Positions 63,798 to 64,000 of a DNA stretch of 64,000 nucleotides are shown here, piece by piece. The notes beneath the pieces are model-generated. The model made no database searches. It was not told the origin of the DNA and saw only the letters and a program-made list of their open reading frames with translations. Location of the stretch: contig CM022677.1 of assembly GCA_012295275.1 (NCBI GenBank), positions 8,928,001 through 8,992,000 of the forward strand. The letters run 5' to 3'. How positions within the stretch are numbered: the stretch's first letter is position 1; the number at the start of each line of letters is the position of its first letter. The DNA is from Chrysomallon squamiferum (lineage: Eukaryota > Animalia > Mollusca). Position numbers and translations under genes: made by a program.

Positions 63798-64000
63798 ACT
63801 CAGAAATCAGGTTTACTTACATCTATTGTTGATGTCTTTTGTTTTGGCCATGATGATTTCACAACTGAAATACAAATAAAATTAATTTAATATCTTACAT
63901 TAACTAATATAAATCAGCATCAACACATATCAAGAATTTTTTTTTTTATTAATAGGGATATTTTCTAATAGAAATAATTTTTTTTTTTTTAAATATTCAT

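Overview
This is AT-rich, microsatellite-rich animal genomic DNA with spliceosomal genes. An invertebrate, plausibly a mollusc, is my inference. I reconstructed seven spliced loci by hand. (1) A minus-strand secreted mosaic protein with signal peptide, PAN/Apple, Cys-rich module, two Sushi/CCP domains and a galectin-like CRD (166-5185). (2) A plus-strand orphan gene with a 63-bp Glu/Cys-rich coding repeat, whose transmembrane tail is out of frame by a 5-nt deletion (8263-9592). (3) Rab8 (minus, 17331-22320), head-to-head with (4) rpS27 (plus, 23634-27531). (5, 6) Two intact but only ~54% identical tandem COX7C paralogs (29934-31300 and 36141-36982), plus a frameshifted third exon-1 copy. (7) A type I PIP5 kinase (minus, 41282 to beyond 63046, 5' end probably outside the window) with candidate 12-nt and 7-nt microexons; the 7-nt one would remove a C-terminal PDZ-ligand-like tail. 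Mobile DNA comprises a Tc2/pogo-type MITE, a Tigger transposase 3' relic, a decayed Sola2-like transposase in an rpS27 intron, a LINE RT relic in a Rab8 intron and a shared transposon-like terminus. All gene models are manual and unverified by transcript data.
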